The translations under genes and the position numbers were made by a program. From contig UYFQ01000001.1 of NCBI GenBank assembly GCA_900617105.1, positions 2,666,001 to 2,730,000 of the forward strand: a stretch of DNA of 64,000 nucleotides, given 5' to 3'. The notes below the pieces were generated by a model. That model ran no database searches and was not told the DNA's origin. It saw only the letters and a list, made by a program, of their open reading frames with translations. Positions within the stretch are counted from its first letter, which is position 1. Every line of letters begins with the position of its first letter. Positions 51,100 through 61,157 of this stretch are shown here, in pieces. Origin of the DNA: Hydrurus foetidus. Its lineage: Eukaryota.

Positions 51100-52607
51100 T
51101 CCAACCCTTCCTCAACCAGCTCCGACGCCCGCAGCAGCGCCCGCGCCTTGGCTTCGGTCTCTTTCCATTCCAGCTCGGGCACAGAGTCAGCCACCACACC
51201 CGCCGCCGCCTGCACGTACAGCACTTGATCTTTGATTATTCCGGTGCGGATGGTAATGGCCACATCCATGTCGCCTGAATAACTTAAGTACCCACACGCG
51301 CCGCCGTACAAGCCGCGCTTGGTCGGCTCCAGCTGGTCAATCACTTGCATGGCATGCACTTTGGGTGCGCCGCTGAGTGTGCCTGCCGGGAAGGTGGCTT
51401 TCAGCACGTCCATGCCCGTCATGCCATCAAGCAAAGCGCCTTCTACATTGCTGACGATGTGCATCACGTGGCTGTAGCGCTCAACAGCAAAAGCTTCGGT
51501 CACTTTGACCGAACCAATTTTGGCGATGCGGCCAATGTCGTTACGCGCCAGGTCAATCAGCATGACGTGCTCGGCACGCTCTTTCGGGTCATTGACGAGT
51601 TCTTGTTCGGCGGCTTTGTCGGCCTCTGGAGATGAGGCGCGTGGCCGTGTGCCTGCAAGCGGGCGAATCGTGACTTTCTGCCCGCCCCCCTCAGCGGCGG
51701 ACACCAGCTCTTGCCGCACCAAAATCTCAGGCGACGCGCCCACCACATGAAAGTCGCCAAAGTGGTAGTAGTACATGTACGGCGATGGGTTCAGTGACCG
51801 CAGCGCGCGGTACAAGCTCAGTGGTGACTCGGTGTAGCGCTTTTTAATACGCTGGCCGATTTGCACCTGCATGAAGTCGCCCGCTTCAATCATGCGCTTG
51901 GCTTTTTCAACCGCCGCAATGTAGTCAGCCTTGGCAAAGTCACGCTCGGCTGGGTAGCTTTGACTCGGCTTGACGACGGGCGCACTGACCGAATACTTCA
52001 GCTGCTCTTTGAGTTCACGCAATCGTTTTTTTGCGTTGGTATACGCCTCAGGTTGCTTGGGGTCGGCGTACACAATCATGTAAAGCTTGCCTGAGAGGTT
52101 GTCAATTACTGCCAGTTCTTCGCATTGCAGCAGCAGAATGTCAGGGCAGCCTAATGAATCTGGCGGGCAAGATTTTTCAAGCTTTTTTTCAATGTAGCGA
52201 ACCGCGTCATAACCAAAATAGCCTGCCAAGCCGCCGCAAAATCGCGGCAGGCCAGGGCGCAGTGCGACTTTGAAGCGCTTTTGATAATCACTGATGAAGT
52301 CCAGCGGATTTTGTTTCGACGTCTCCACCACTTTGCCGTCGGTAACGACTTCAGTCACTGCGTCCGCCCCAAAACCCGAAGCACGCACCAGCGTGCGCGC
52401 GGGCAGACCAATAAAGCTGTAACGACCAAAGCGCTCGCCTCCGACCACAGATTCAAGCAAAAAACTGTATTTGCCCTGGTCTTTGGCAAAGGCCAACTTT
52501 AAATACAAGGACAGCGGCGTTTCTAAATCAGCAAACGCTTCCACCATCAGCGGAATGCGGTTGAAGCCCTGGACGGCCAGGCTTTTAAATTCAAGTTCGG
52601 TGATCAC
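51096..52607 (-). CDS. trpE: Anthranilate synthase component I
   Basis: LLESV, NPSPYM, PLAGTRPR, KERAEHVMLIDLARND, PAGTLSGAPK. Confidence 0.97.
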   Translation of the reverse strand: MITELEFKSLAVQGFNRIPLMVEAFADLETPLSLYLKLAFAKDQGKYSFLLESVVGGERFGRYSFIGLPARTLVRASGFGADAVTEVVTDGKVVETSKQNPLDFISDYQKRFKVALRPGLPRFCGGLAGYFGYDAVRYIEKKLEKSCPPDSLGCPDILLLQCEELAVIDNLSGKLYMIVYADPKQPEAYTNAKKRLRELKEQLKYSVSAPVVKPSQSYPAERDFAKADYIAAVEKAKRMIEAGDFMQVQIGQRIKKRYTESPLSLYRALRSLNPSPYMYYYHFGDFHVVGASPEILVRQELVSAAEGGGQKVTIRPLAGTRPRASSPEADKAAEQELVNDPKERAEHVMLIDLARNDIGRIAKIGSVKVTEAFAVERYSHVMHIVSNVEGALLDGMTGMDVLKATFPAGTLSGAPKVHAMQVIDQLEPTKRGLYGGACGYLSYSGDMDVAITIRTGIIKDQVLYVQAAAGVVADSVPELEWKETEAKARALLRASELVEEGLE

Positions 52608-52703
52608 AGTGGGGTCCTTTGCAAGGAAGTCGCGGCGGTAACGGCGCGCGACTTCAAATCATTCGTTACGCCAACAGTCGTCAAGGCGACTCGGCGCGGC
52701 TAC

Positions 52704-52832
52704 TCAATTGTTAGAAATTGAGTAGCCTCGCCACAGCCAGGCTCCCTGGTCTGCCAGACCTGGCTGGCTCACCGGGCTAAAAACGCTGGTGTGGCTGATG
52801 TGGCGGGAGGAAATGATGCGTTGCAGTTCCAT
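52704..52832 (-). CDS. Putative trp operon leader peptide (42 aa, W-L-W)
   Basis: MELQRIISSRHISHTSVFSPVSQPGLADQGAWLWRGYSISNN upstream of trpE, followed by the hairpin gaagtcgcg...cgcgacttc (52626-52655). Confidence 0.65.
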   Translation of the reverse strand: MELQRIISSRHISHTSVFSPVSQPGLADQGAWLWRGYSISNN

Positions 52833-52972
52833 ACGCGTTGCAGTGTAGCAAAGCCGACCTTGGCAAACGCTGATCACGCAAACCCTATTGCCGCAGGGGG
52901 CGCAACGCCGCAAAATCCAGCTCACTCAGCTGACCAGATTGGCTTTATTTCATTTACTTTTTGGAGACCTCG

Positions 52973-53560
52973 ATGACTCTTTTGAAAACCTGCTCAACTG
53001 CTCTGGCTGCACTGTTGATTTCCAGCGCTGCATCGGCTGCCACGCTGGAAGTAGGCGGCGTCAAAGTCGAAGACACCGCCGATGTGCAGGGCACAAAACT
53101 GCAACTCAATGGCGCGGGCGTGCGCTACAAAGCGATTTTCAAGGTCTACACCATTGCGCTGTATGCGGGCAAAAAAGTAGGCTCCGCCGAGGAACTGGCC
53201 GCTGCACCTGGCCCGAAACGCATCAGCATGACCATGTTGCGCGACATCGACTCCACGGAGTTGGGCAAAGCATTTACCCGCGGCTTTGAAGACAACTCAC
53301 CAAAAAGCGATTTGTCAAAAATGATTCCGGGGTTGATGAAGATGTCGCAGATTTTTTCGGATCAGAAAAAGATGGTGGCTGGCGATGTAGTGTTGCTCGA
53401 CTGGGTTGCAGGCACCGGCATGGTGGTAAGCGTTAAAGGCAAGGTGCAGGGCGAGCCGTTCAAGGAAGTGGAATTTTTTAACGCCATGACCCGCATTTGG
53501 CTGGGCAGCATTCCGGCTGACGCCAAATTGAAAGACACGTTGCTGGGTAAAGCGTCTTAG
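52973..53560 (+). CDS. Chalcone-isomerase-like exported protein
   Basis: Signal peptide, LQLNGAGVR..FKVY..ALY, IWLG.PAD.KLK; GGAG RBS. Confidence 0.82.
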   Translation: MTLLKTCSTALAALLISSAASAATLEVGGVKVEDTADVQGTKLQLNGAGVRYKAIFKVYTIALYAGKKVGSAEELAAAPGPKRISMTMLRDIDSTELGKAFTRGFEDNSPKSDLSKMIPGLMKMSQIFSDQKKMVAGDVVLLDWVAGTGMVVSVKGKVQGEPFKEVEFFNAMTRIWLGSIPADAKLKDTLLGKAS

Positions 53561-53574
53561 TCGCGCACCCAAGC

Positions 53575-53639
53575 TACTATTGAATTTATAGCTGCTCGCG
53601 CCCGTATTTATTGGTTTACAGCACTTAAATATCCCTAAA
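53575..53639 (+). repeat. Dispersed ~65-bp element, copy 7
   Basis: tactattgaatttatagctgctcgcgcccgtatttattggtttacagcacttaaatatccctaaa. Confidence 0.88.
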
Positions 53640-53805
53640 TGAGGCCAAAAACGGCTTAAAAACAAGAAGCGGCTCACGGGTCGCTTTTTGCGTTCTGCTC
53701 GGCTGAATCCAACGCCGCCTTAGGTAGCTGAGTCTTTTACTGCGACGGGGCAGGATGCTATAGTGAAATTTATCTATGTTGATAAGCTTTTGAAGAGAAT
53801 CCGCT

Positions 53806-54246
53806 GTGGCCACCGTCAAAAATTGTATTGATCAAAAATCTGCTGCCGTCATTTCGTTGACGCCCAACGACTCCGTGTTTGATGCGCTGGAATTGATGAA
53901 GAACAACAAAATCCGTTCGATCATGATCATCGACGATGGCGCGCTCAAAGGCATAGTCACCCAAGGCGATTGCGCCATCAAGGTGCTGCTACCGGGCTGG
54001 AACGCCAAGCAAACACTGCTGGCCACCATCATGACCAAAGAGCCCGTTACGGTAGCCATGACTGACGAGCTGGGCTCGTGCATGAACACCATGGCCAGCC
54101 GCAATATTCGCCACCTGCCCGTAGTCGACAGCGGCAAGGTGGTGGGCATGGTGTCGGTAGGCGACATTGTTAAAGACATCATTCGCCAGCAAGGCGATCA
54201 GATCAAGCAGCTAGAGACCTACATCATGGGTCACGGTGTCGCCTAG
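53806..54246 (+). CDS. CBS domain-pair protein
   Basis: SVFDALELM...GIVTQGD, IMTKEP, IRHLPVV..GMVSVGDIVK. Confidence 0.9.
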   Translation: MATVKNCIDQKSAAVISLTPNDSVFDALELMKNNKIRSIMIIDDGALKGIVTQGDCAIKVLLPGWNAKQTLLATIMTKEPVTVAMTDELGSCMNTMASRNIRHLPVVDSGKVVGMVSVGDIVKDIIRQQGDQIKQLETYIMGHGVA

Positions 54247-54260
54247 CCTGCCTGTTAGTT

Positions 54261-54325
54261 TGCTACTAATTTAATAACTTCTAGCGCCCGTATTTATTGG
54301 ACTATAGGGCTATTTCATGCAGGTT
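54261..54325 (+). repeat. Dispersed ~65-bp element, copy 8 (between convergent CBS and gph genes, overlapping the gph stop)
   Basis: tgctactaatttaataacttctagcgcccgtatttattggactatagggctatttcatgcaggtt. Confidence 0.82.
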
Positions 54326-55025
54326 TTAGGCCCAAAAAAGCGCCTAGTTGCACCAGCGAAGTGATGGTTGCGTCAGCGCCCGCGCTGGCAACTGGCAAGC
54401 CGTGGTTGTAGCCATAAGTAACCAGCACCACCGGGCAGCCTGCCGCCCGCGCAGCCTCAGCATCGTTGCTTGAATCGCCCACGATCAGCGTGTGCGCCGG
54501 CCGTGCGCCCAGTGCCTCGCAGGTTTTAAGCACCGGCAGTGCATGCGGCTTTTTCGCCTCAAACGAATCACCGCCAAACACGTGACTGAAAAAACCATCC
54601 AGCCCCTTTAGCCGCAGCAGCTCATGCGCGAAAACAAGCGGCTTATTCGTCAGGCAAGCCAGCTTGAGCCCGCTCTTTTGCAAGCCCCGCAGCCCGTCGA
54701 CCACGCCCGGATACACCTGGGCGTACTGGCCATTGATAGCGCGGTAATGCTGCTGGTACAGGCTCAAGGCGCTCTCAAACAGCGCTACGTTTTCAGGAGC
54801 TGCTCGCGCCCGATTTAATTGGGATAGAGCATGATTTAACACTGAATTAACCAGGTTTTCAGAGCCCTTACCCACCCGCAGCGCTACCACTTCCCGGTCA
54901 ACCGGCGCGAAGCCCAAATCGCGCATCATCAGGTTAATCGCCACCACAAAGTCGCCCATGGTGTCGACCATCGTGCCGTCGAGGTCAATGATGGCGGCGT
55001 GAAATTTTTGAGAGAAGATAAGCAT
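54315..55025 (-). CDS. gph: Phosphoglycolate phosphatase
   Basis: HAD motifs DLDGTMVD, LTNKP, KKPH, VGDSSND; next to rpe. Confidence 0.92.
   Translation of the reverse strand: MLIFSQKFHAAIIDLDGTMVDTMGDFVVAINLMMRDLGFAPVDREVVALRVGKGSENLVNSVLNHALSQLNRARAAPENVALFESALSLYQQHYRAINGQYAQVYPGVVDGLRGLQKSGLKLACLTNKPLVFAHELLRLKGLDGFFSHVFGGDSFEAKKPHALPVLKTCEALGARPAHTLIVGDSSNDAEAARAAGCPVVLVTYGYNHGLPVASAGADATITSLVQLGAFLGLKPA
54783..54847 (+). repeat. Dispersed ~65-bp element, copy 9 (inside gph)
   Basis: cgctacgttttcaggagctgctcgcgcccgatttaattgggatagagcatgatttaacactgaat. Confidence 0.75.
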
Positions 55026-55065
55026 CGTTTGATGAAGTCAATTTACAAATCAAAGGCAGTCACAC

Positions 55066-55293
55066 ATGGCACGTACACATAGCCCTTTACGTGCCGGTCA
55101 AGTACCTGGCATGGACGCGGTCGCTGAGCCGCATGATGTGTATGCGGCTAATGATTTTTCATCTCCCAAGCCTGGAGAAATGTTTGCTTCACATCACCCG
55201 ATTGTTCGAAGCAAATACGCGGTTTTGCCAGCGCGTAACGAGATCATTACAAGTGAGCATGTCCAACAACTCGCGGAGCAATGCGGGATTTAG
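55066..55293 (+). CDS. Small hypothetical protein with a C-terminus resembling VapB-type antitoxins
   Basis: ATG-started 75-aa ORF filling the gph-rpe gap; ends VLPARNEIITSEHVQQLAEQCGI. Confidence 0.4.
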   Translation: MARTHSPLRAGQVPGMDAVAEPHDVYAANDFSSPKPGEMFASHHPIVRSKYAVLPARNEIITSEHVQQLAEQCGI

Positions 55294-55341
55294 CAAAGCT
55301 TTTGGAAGATTCAATCTTCAGGCGTGCGATTTTGGCCAAAC

Positions 55342-56058
55342 TTACTTGGCCAATTCCACCCGCATAGCGTCTACCAGGCCCTTGTAGTCCGGCTTGCCAA
55401 AAATCGCGCTGCCCGCCACAAAGGTATCTGCCCCCGCAGCCGCTACCCGCGCAATGTTGTCAGTTTTGATTCCGCCATCGACCTCTAGCCGAATGTCTTT
55501 GCCGCAGGCGTCAATCCGCTTGCGCACGTCTTCAATCTTGCGCAGGGCGCTATCGATAAATGACTGGCCGCCAAAACCGGGGTTGACGCTCATGATCAAA
55601 ATCAAATCGATGTCGTCAATCACCCAGTCGAGCACGTCCAGGGGTGCGGCGGGGTTAAACACCAGCCCGGCTTTGCAGCCTTTACCTTTGATGGCCTGAA
55701 TGCTGCGGTGTACGTGGCCAGATGCGTCGGGGTGAAAGCTGATGAAGTCTGCGCCTGCGTCTGCAAAGGCTGCTGCCAGTGCATCGACCGGTTGCACCAT
55801 TAAGTGCACGTCAATCGGCACATCCACCAACAAGCCGTCGCCTGCTGCGGTTTTGCAATGCGGTTTAAGCGCCTGACAAATCATGGGGCCAAACGTCAGG
55901 TTGGGCACGTAATGGTTGTCCATCACGTCGAAGTGAATCCAGTCGGCGCCTGCCGCAATCACGGCTTTGACTTCATCGCCCAGACGGGCAAAGTCGGCTG
56001 ACAAGATGGAGGGCGCTATGCGGTAGGTGGGTTTGGCGGGGGGCTGTGTAGGACTCAT
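55342..56058 (-). CDS. rpe: Ribulose-phosphate 3-epimerase
   Basis: [40 protein letters not shown] at 56058. Confidence 0.96.
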   Translation of the reverse strand: MSPTQPPAKPTYRIAPSILSADFARLGDEVKAVIAAGADWIHFDVMDNHYVPNLTFGPMICQALKPHCKTAAGDGLLVDVPIDVHLMVQPVDALAAAFADAGADFISFHPDASGHVHRSIQAIKGKGCKAGLVFNPAAPLDVLDWVIDDIDLILIMSVNPGFGGQSFIDSALRKIEDVRKRIDACGKDIRLEVDGGIKTDNIARVAAAGADTFVAGSAIFGKPDYKGLVDAMRVELAK

Positions 56059-56127
56059 GCCTTGAATTGTGCAACAAGCGCAGCCCCGCAGCGAAACATC
56101 GACCAAGACATCTAAACTGTCAGCACC

Positions 56128-56520
56128 ATGCCCAAGTACCAACTGACCTGCACCGTAACACCCAGCTATGTGCCCGAGCAATCGTCCCCCAGCGACTCGA
56201 TTTACGGCTTTGCCTACCGGGTGACCATTACCAACACCGGCAGCGTAGCCGCGCAGCTGATTTCGCGCCACTGGGAAATTGTGGACGCCAACGGCCATGT
56301 GGAAGAAGTCAAAGGCCTGGGCGTGGTCGGCCACCAGCCGCTGTTGCAGCCGGGCGAGGCGTTTGAATACAGCAGCGGCTCACGCCTTCGCACCCCAACC
56401 GGCGCCATGCACGGCACCTACTTTTGTGTGGCCGAAGACGGCGAACGGTTTGAAGCGCTGATCCCGATGTTTGTGCTGGAAGCCACGGGCAGCACGCCCA
56501 ACGGCCGCACCCTGCACTAA
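56128..56520 (+). CDS. apaG: ApaG protein
   Basis: [29 protein letters not shown]. Confidence 0.95.
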   Translation: MPKYQLTCTVTPSYVPEQSSPSDSIYGFAYRVTITNTGSVAAQLISRHWEIVDANGHVEEVKGLGVVGHQPLLQPGEAFEYSSGSRLRTPTGAMHGTYFCVAEDGERFEALIPMFVLEATGSTPNGRTLH

Positions 56521-56531
56521 CGCGCACCGAC

Positions 56532-58514
56532 ATGCCCAACGCGCCGCCCTCGACGACGCCTGTGTCTGAGCTGCGCGGGCTGCTCGCTTCACTATCGCCA
56601 GACGCAGACCTGGCCAGTCGTCACATCTGGTTGATTGCACTTTTCAGCTGGCTGCGCGGCGACCAAAGCTCGCCAGACGCTGCGCTGTCGCGCCTGCAAA
56701 CCTTCATCGCTACCGTTAACGCGCAGCCAGAACTGCAGGCGCGGCTAAAAGCCTGGTGGCGCACGCTGCGGCAAACGGTGGAAGTCACCACGCTGCTGGC
56801 CGACCTTGGCTTTGCACCGCGCACCGCGTTTGTTAGCGAGTTAACGGGCCGACTGCGCCGCAAACTGCTGCCTGGCACGCCAGAAACGATTGACGCGGCT
56901 GAGCTGTTCACCATGGTGGCGCCCACCCGGTTTGATGCGCTGTGGCTAGCCGCTATTTCTGAGGCGCAAATGACCGAACTGGTGACGCTGCTGGCAGGCG
57001 ATGTGGCGCTAGATACGCTGGCTTGGCAACACGACGTGATGGACGCGCTGACGTATTGCACCGCGCAAATCCGGGCGGCTGGTTTTGCGCCCGAGCTGCG
57101 CTTGCGCATGAACGGCGCCAATGACGATGCCCGGGCTTTTCACCCGCTGGCAGACGACATGACCCAGCTGCGGCGGGTGTTTTTTGACCCTGACCAAAAC
57201 GCCGAAGCGCTGCCCGCCGCGATTGCCCAACTGCGCGCGCGGCTAGAAACCTGCCGCCAAGCAGTCAGCAGCGTGTACACCCACCTCGACGAAAACGGCA
57301 TATCGGTGGGCATGGTGTTCATGCTGCGGCAATTGCGCGAGCGTATTGTGCGGGTGCGCGAGCTGCTGGATGCACTTACGTCCGGAACGCCAGCGGCCAC
57401 TGCGGCCAGGCTGCTGGCGCGCCGGGTCATCATTGGCCAAGACAGCAAAAGCATTGGCGCGCTGATCAGTGCTAACTCGACTTTGCTGTCGGCAAAAATG
57501 AGCGAGCGCAGCAGCGAAGTCGGCGAGGGCTACATCACGCGCGACCGCGCCGAGTACAACACCATGCTGGGCAAAGCCATGGGCGGCGGGGCGGTGACGG
57601 CCCTGACCACGCTGCTTAAATTTACGGTGATGGGTTTGGGGTTGTCGGCGTTTTGGAATGGCTTTAGCGCGGGCTTTATTTACGCCGCCAGCTTTATTCT
57701 TATCCAGTTGCTGCACTTCACGCTGGCCACCAAGCAACCCGCCATGACGGCGCCGGCTATGGCCGCCAAGCTGAAAGATATTGACTCTGACCACGCGATC
57801 AGTGATTTTGTCGATGAAGTCAGCCACCTGGTGCGCTCGCAAGTAGCGGCTGTTCTGGGCAACGTGGCCATGGTGGTGCCCGCCGTGTTGCTGGTCAATG
57901 CAGTGGTGGTTTTGACCAGCGGCCACAACATGCTCAGCCCCGAAGAAGCGGCGTACGTGCTGCATTCGCTGACGCTGCTCGGCCCAACGCTGCTGTGGGC
58001 CGCGTTTACCGGTTTGATTTTGTTTGCGTCCAGCCTGGTGGCGGGCTGGGCAGAGAACTGGTTTGTGCTGCACCGCCTGGGTTCGGCCCTGCGTTACAAC
58101 CCCCGCTTTACGAATGTGCTGGGCGCGGCGCGGGCTGACCGCTGGGCCAGCTTTATGCGGCTGAACGTGTCGGGCTTTGCGTCGAATATTTCGCTGGGCT
58201 TTATGTTGGGGCTGATCCCTGCGTTTACGGGGTTTTTTGGCTTTGAGCTGGAAGCGCGCCACGTCACGCTGTCGGCCGGGCAGCTGGCAGCGGCCGGTGC
58301 CGCATTGGGCCTGGATGCGCTGCGCCTGCCCGCCATTTGGTGGTGCATGGCCGCCATACCGCTGATTGGCGCGCTGAATTTGAGCGTTAGTTTTTACTGT
58401 GCGTTTCGCCTCGCTTTGCAGGCGCACAACGTGAGCGGCATTGACCGCCGGCGTATTCGGCGTGCCATCTGGTCGCGCTTTTACCGCCGCCCGCGCAGCT
58501 TTTTCGTGCCCTAG
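56532..58514 (+). CDS. Gcr-like membrane protein ('site-specific recombinase' family)
   Basis: HFTLATKQPAMTA, GWAENWF, SNISLGFMLG, RHVTLSAGQ; several TM helices. Confidence 0.8.
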   Translation: MPNAPPSTTPVSELRGLLASLSPDADLASRHIWLIALFSWLRGDQSSPDAALSRLQTFIATVNAQPELQARLKAWWRTLRQTVEVTTLLADLGFAPRTAFVSELTGRLRRKLLPGTPETIDAAELFTMVAPTRFDALWLAAISEAQMTELVTLLAGDVALDTLAWQHDVMDALTYCTAQIRAAGFAPELRLRMNGANDDARAFHPLADDMTQLRRVFFDPDQNAEALPAAIAQLRARLETCRQAVSSVYTHLDENGISVGMVFMLRQLRERIVRVRELLDALTSGTPAATAARLLARRVIIGQDSKSIGALISANSTLLSAKMSERSSEVGEGYITRDRAEYNTMLGKAMGGGAVTALTTLLKFTVMGLGLSAFWNGFSAGFIYAASFILIQLLHFTLATKQPAMTAPAMAAKLKDIDSDHAISDFVDEVSHLVRSQVAAVLGNVAMVVPAVLLVNAVVVLTSGHNMLSPEEAAYVLHSLTLLGPTLLWAAFTGLILFASSLVAGWAENWFVLHRLGSALRYNPRFTNVLGAARADRWASFMRLNVSGFASNISLGFMLGLIPAFTGFFGFELEARHVTLSAGQLAAAGAALGLDALRLPAIWWCMAAIPLIGALNLSVSFYCAFRLALQAHNVSGIDRRRIRRAIWSRFYRRPRSFFVP

Positions 58515-58647
58515 CGGCCCAAGAGTCTACGTCTGCGGTTAGTCAGCGCCGTGCCACTAGCAAATCGTTACGACTGTCACCCGATGTACGGCCCAAATCG
58601 ACACGGCTTGCGGCTAACCTGATGGGTAGATTGGAGGGCTATTTTTT

Positions 58648-59940
58648 ATGCAAGACCTCCTTAATATTTGGTCAGAGTGGATCAAACCGTCCGCCGGGCT
58701 GGCTACCGTGCAGTGGTCGGTGCTGCTTGCGCTGGCCGCAGCGGCTGGGCATTTGCTGCAGCGCTACGGCGGCTTGCCCAAAGTGATTGGCTATTCGGTG
58801 GTGGGCGCGCTGGCGGGCTTTGCGGGCTTTAATGGCGCGCTGTGGCCGCTTGAGGGCATCGGGCTGTTTTTGCTTGAGCTGGGCGTGGCCGTGGTGCTGT
58901 TTGAAGCCGGTGGGCGCATTTCGCTGCGCTGGTTTCGCTACAACCCGATGGTGCTGGTGCAAAGTCTGCTGGAGTCCGGCTTGACGCTGGTCACGGTGTA
59001 CTGGGCCATGCACTGGATGGGCGTGCGCGATGCGGTGGCTCAGCCACTGGCCATGCTGGCAATGGCCGCCTCACCGGCGGTGCTGTCGCGGGTATTGATT
59101 GACACCCGCGCCTCGGGCCCTGTCAGCGAACGCGCCATGGTGCTGTCAACCCTTAGCACGCTGTACGCCCTGCTGCTGTGCAGTGCCGCTGCCGGCATGA
59201 TCGGCAAAGCCGGCAACGTGCTGGGGCCGATCACCCTCACACGTCAATTAGGCACGAGTTTTTACCCAATTTTGGTGGTGCTGGGCTTGTCGGTCGTGGT
59301 GGGCGGCGGCCTGGCGCTGGTGCTGCGCATGGCGCTGCGGGTCATGAGCCCCACAAGTGAGAACACCGCCATATTGCTGCTTGCCGTTATTGCAGCGGGT
59401 GCAGCGCTGGCTGCGCACTTTGGCGGCTCGGCGGCGCTGAGTGCGCTTCTGGGCGGCATGCTGCTCAAGCAGCTTAACCCGCGGCCTTGGTCATGGCCGC
59501 GGCAAATGGGTACGGCGTCAAGCATGCTGACCATGTTGATGTTTGTGCTGGTGTCGGTGGTGGCGGCGCAGGCAGATTGGGGCGGCCCGGTGGCAGCGCT
59601 GGTGGCGGTGCTGATTGTGGTGCGGGTGCTGGCCAAAATTGCCGGCACTGCGCTGGGCAACATTGGCAGTGGCGCCAGCTGGCAACAGGCTCTGTGGGTG
59701 GGCTGCGCCATGTCGCCGTTGTCGTCGGTAGCGCTGTTGTTGGTGTCAGGGTTTATTGCAGCCGAGCCCGTAGTGGGCAAGCAAATAGCGAGCATTGCGC
59801 TGCCCGCCATTTTGCTGATGGAAGTGTTTGGCGCAGTGCTGACCACGCTGGCAATTACCCGTGCCGGCGAAAGCTCCCGGCCGCCCAAGTTACAGCTGCA
59901 ACCGGCTCCCCCAACTCTTAGCCAGCGGGCTGATTTATGA
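58648..59940 (+). CDS. Cation:proton antiporter family protein
   Basis: About 12 TM helices, [13 protein letters not shown]. Confidence 0.8.
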   Translation: MQDLLNIWSEWIKPSAGLATVQWSVLLALAAAAGHLLQRYGGLPKVIGYSVVGALAGFAGFNGALWPLEGIGLFLLELGVAVVLFEAGGRISLRWFRYNPMVLVQSLLESGLTLVTVYWAMHWMGVRDAVAQPLAMLAMAASPAVLSRVLIDTRASGPVSERAMVLSTLSTLYALLLCSAAAGMIGKAGNVLGPITLTRQLGTSFYPILVVLGLSVVVGGGLALVLRMALRVMSPTSENTAILLLAVIAAGAALAAHFGGSAALSALLGGMLLKQLNPRPWSWPRQMGTASSMLTMLMFVLVSVVAAQADWGGPVAALVAVLIVVRVLAKIAGTALGNIGSGASWQQALWVGCAMSPLSSVALLLVSGFIAAEPVVGKQIASIALPAILLMEVFGAVLTTLAITRAGESSRPPKLQLQPAPPTLSQRADL

Positions 59941-61112
59941 ACGATTCAACGCACAGTTTGATAGGCAGTGCAATCAACAGCCTCGAGCCCTTTGGCAAGT
60001 CAAATGCGTTGTCTTTAGGCGTTGAGCTGGAGCTGCAACTCGTCAACACGCACGACTACGACTTGGCCCCGTATGCCGAGGACATGCTGCGCCTGATGAA
60101 AAAAACGCCGCTGCCCGGCGCGGTGGTGCCCGAAATGACGTCGAGCATGATTGAAATATCAACCGGCGTGTGCCAGTCGTCGTCTGAAGTGCTCGGGCAA
60201 CTGTCGCAAATTCGCGATGCGCTGGTTAAAAGCGCTGACAAATTAAACATCGCCGTGGTGGGCGGCGGCACGCACCCCTACCAGGCCTGGCACGAGCGAC
60301 GCATTTACGACAAGCCGCGATTCAGAGAATTGTCAGAGCTGTACGGCTACCTGTCCAAGCAGTTCACTATTTTTGGCCAGCACGTGCATGTAGGCTGCCC
60401 GAATGCAGACACCGCGCTGCTCACGCTGCACCGCATGTCGCGCTACATTCCGCACTTTATTGCGCTGTCGGCTTCCAGCCCCTACGTGCAGGGGCAAGAC
60501 ACGGCGTTTGACTCGGCCCGGCTCAACTCGGTGTTTGCCTTCCCGATGTCGGGCCGCGCGCCATTTGTGTTGACGTGGGATGACTTCACCACCTACTTCA
60601 ACAAAATGACGCGTACCGGCGTTGTGAAAAGCATGAAGGATTTTTACTGGGACATTCGCCCTAAGCCTGAATTCGGCACGATTGAAATCCGCGTGTTTGA
60701 CACACCATTGACGGTCACACGAGCCGCTGCGCTGTCTGGTTTTGTGCAGGCGCTGGCTGCGTGGTTCATGCATGACCAGCCCTTTATGCCGCAAGAAGAC
60801 GACTATCTGGTCTACACCTACAACCGCTTTCAGGCCTGCCGGTTTGGGCTGGACGCGGTGTATGTTGACCCCGCTACTGGCAAACACATGCCGCTGCGCG
60901 AACACATCTGGCTGACCTTCCGGCAAATTGAAGTGCACGCCCAGCGGCTTGGCGCCAGCTCGTTTATCAGCATGCTGCACAGCGGCGTGGAGCGCGGGCA
61001 AAACGACGCCCGCTGGCTGCGTGAAAAGCAGGCTGAAGAGTCGCTGCTGGCTGGAGTCGTGCGCCAGGCTGCGCAGCGGTTCAGAGGGGATGCGGCTTAC
61101 GGGCAAGGCTAG
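59937..61112 (+). CDS. YbdK-family carboxylate-amine ligase (GCS2)
   Basis: [38 protein letters not shown]. Confidence 0.9.
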   Translation: MNDSTHSLIGSAINSLEPFGKSNALSLGVELELQLVNTHDYDLAPYAEDMLRLMKKTPLPGAVVPEMTSSMIEISTGVCQSSSEVLGQLSQIRDALVKSADKLNIAVVGGGTHPYQAWHERRIYDKPRFRELSELYGYLSKQFTIFGQHVHVGCPNADTALLTLHRMSRYIPHFIALSASSPYVQGQDTAFDSARLNSVFAFPMSGRAPFVLTWDDFTTYFNKMTRTGVVKSMKDFYWDIRPKPEFGTIEIRVFDTPLTVTRAAALSGFVQALAAWFMHDQPFMPQEDDYLVYTYNRFQACRFGLDAVYVDPATGKHMPLREHIWLTFRQIEVHAQRLGASSFISMLHSGVERGQNDARWLREKQAEESLLAGVVRQAAQRFRGDAAYGQG

Positions 61113-61157
61113 GCAGGTGATGACATCGCATGGCACAGGAGTTGTATCCTTATGCTC

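Noticed and set aside
56059..56334. N-terminal extension of Rpe (330-aa ORF)
   Set aside because: Overlaps apaG on the opposite strand; Rpe homology begins only after the ATG at 56058
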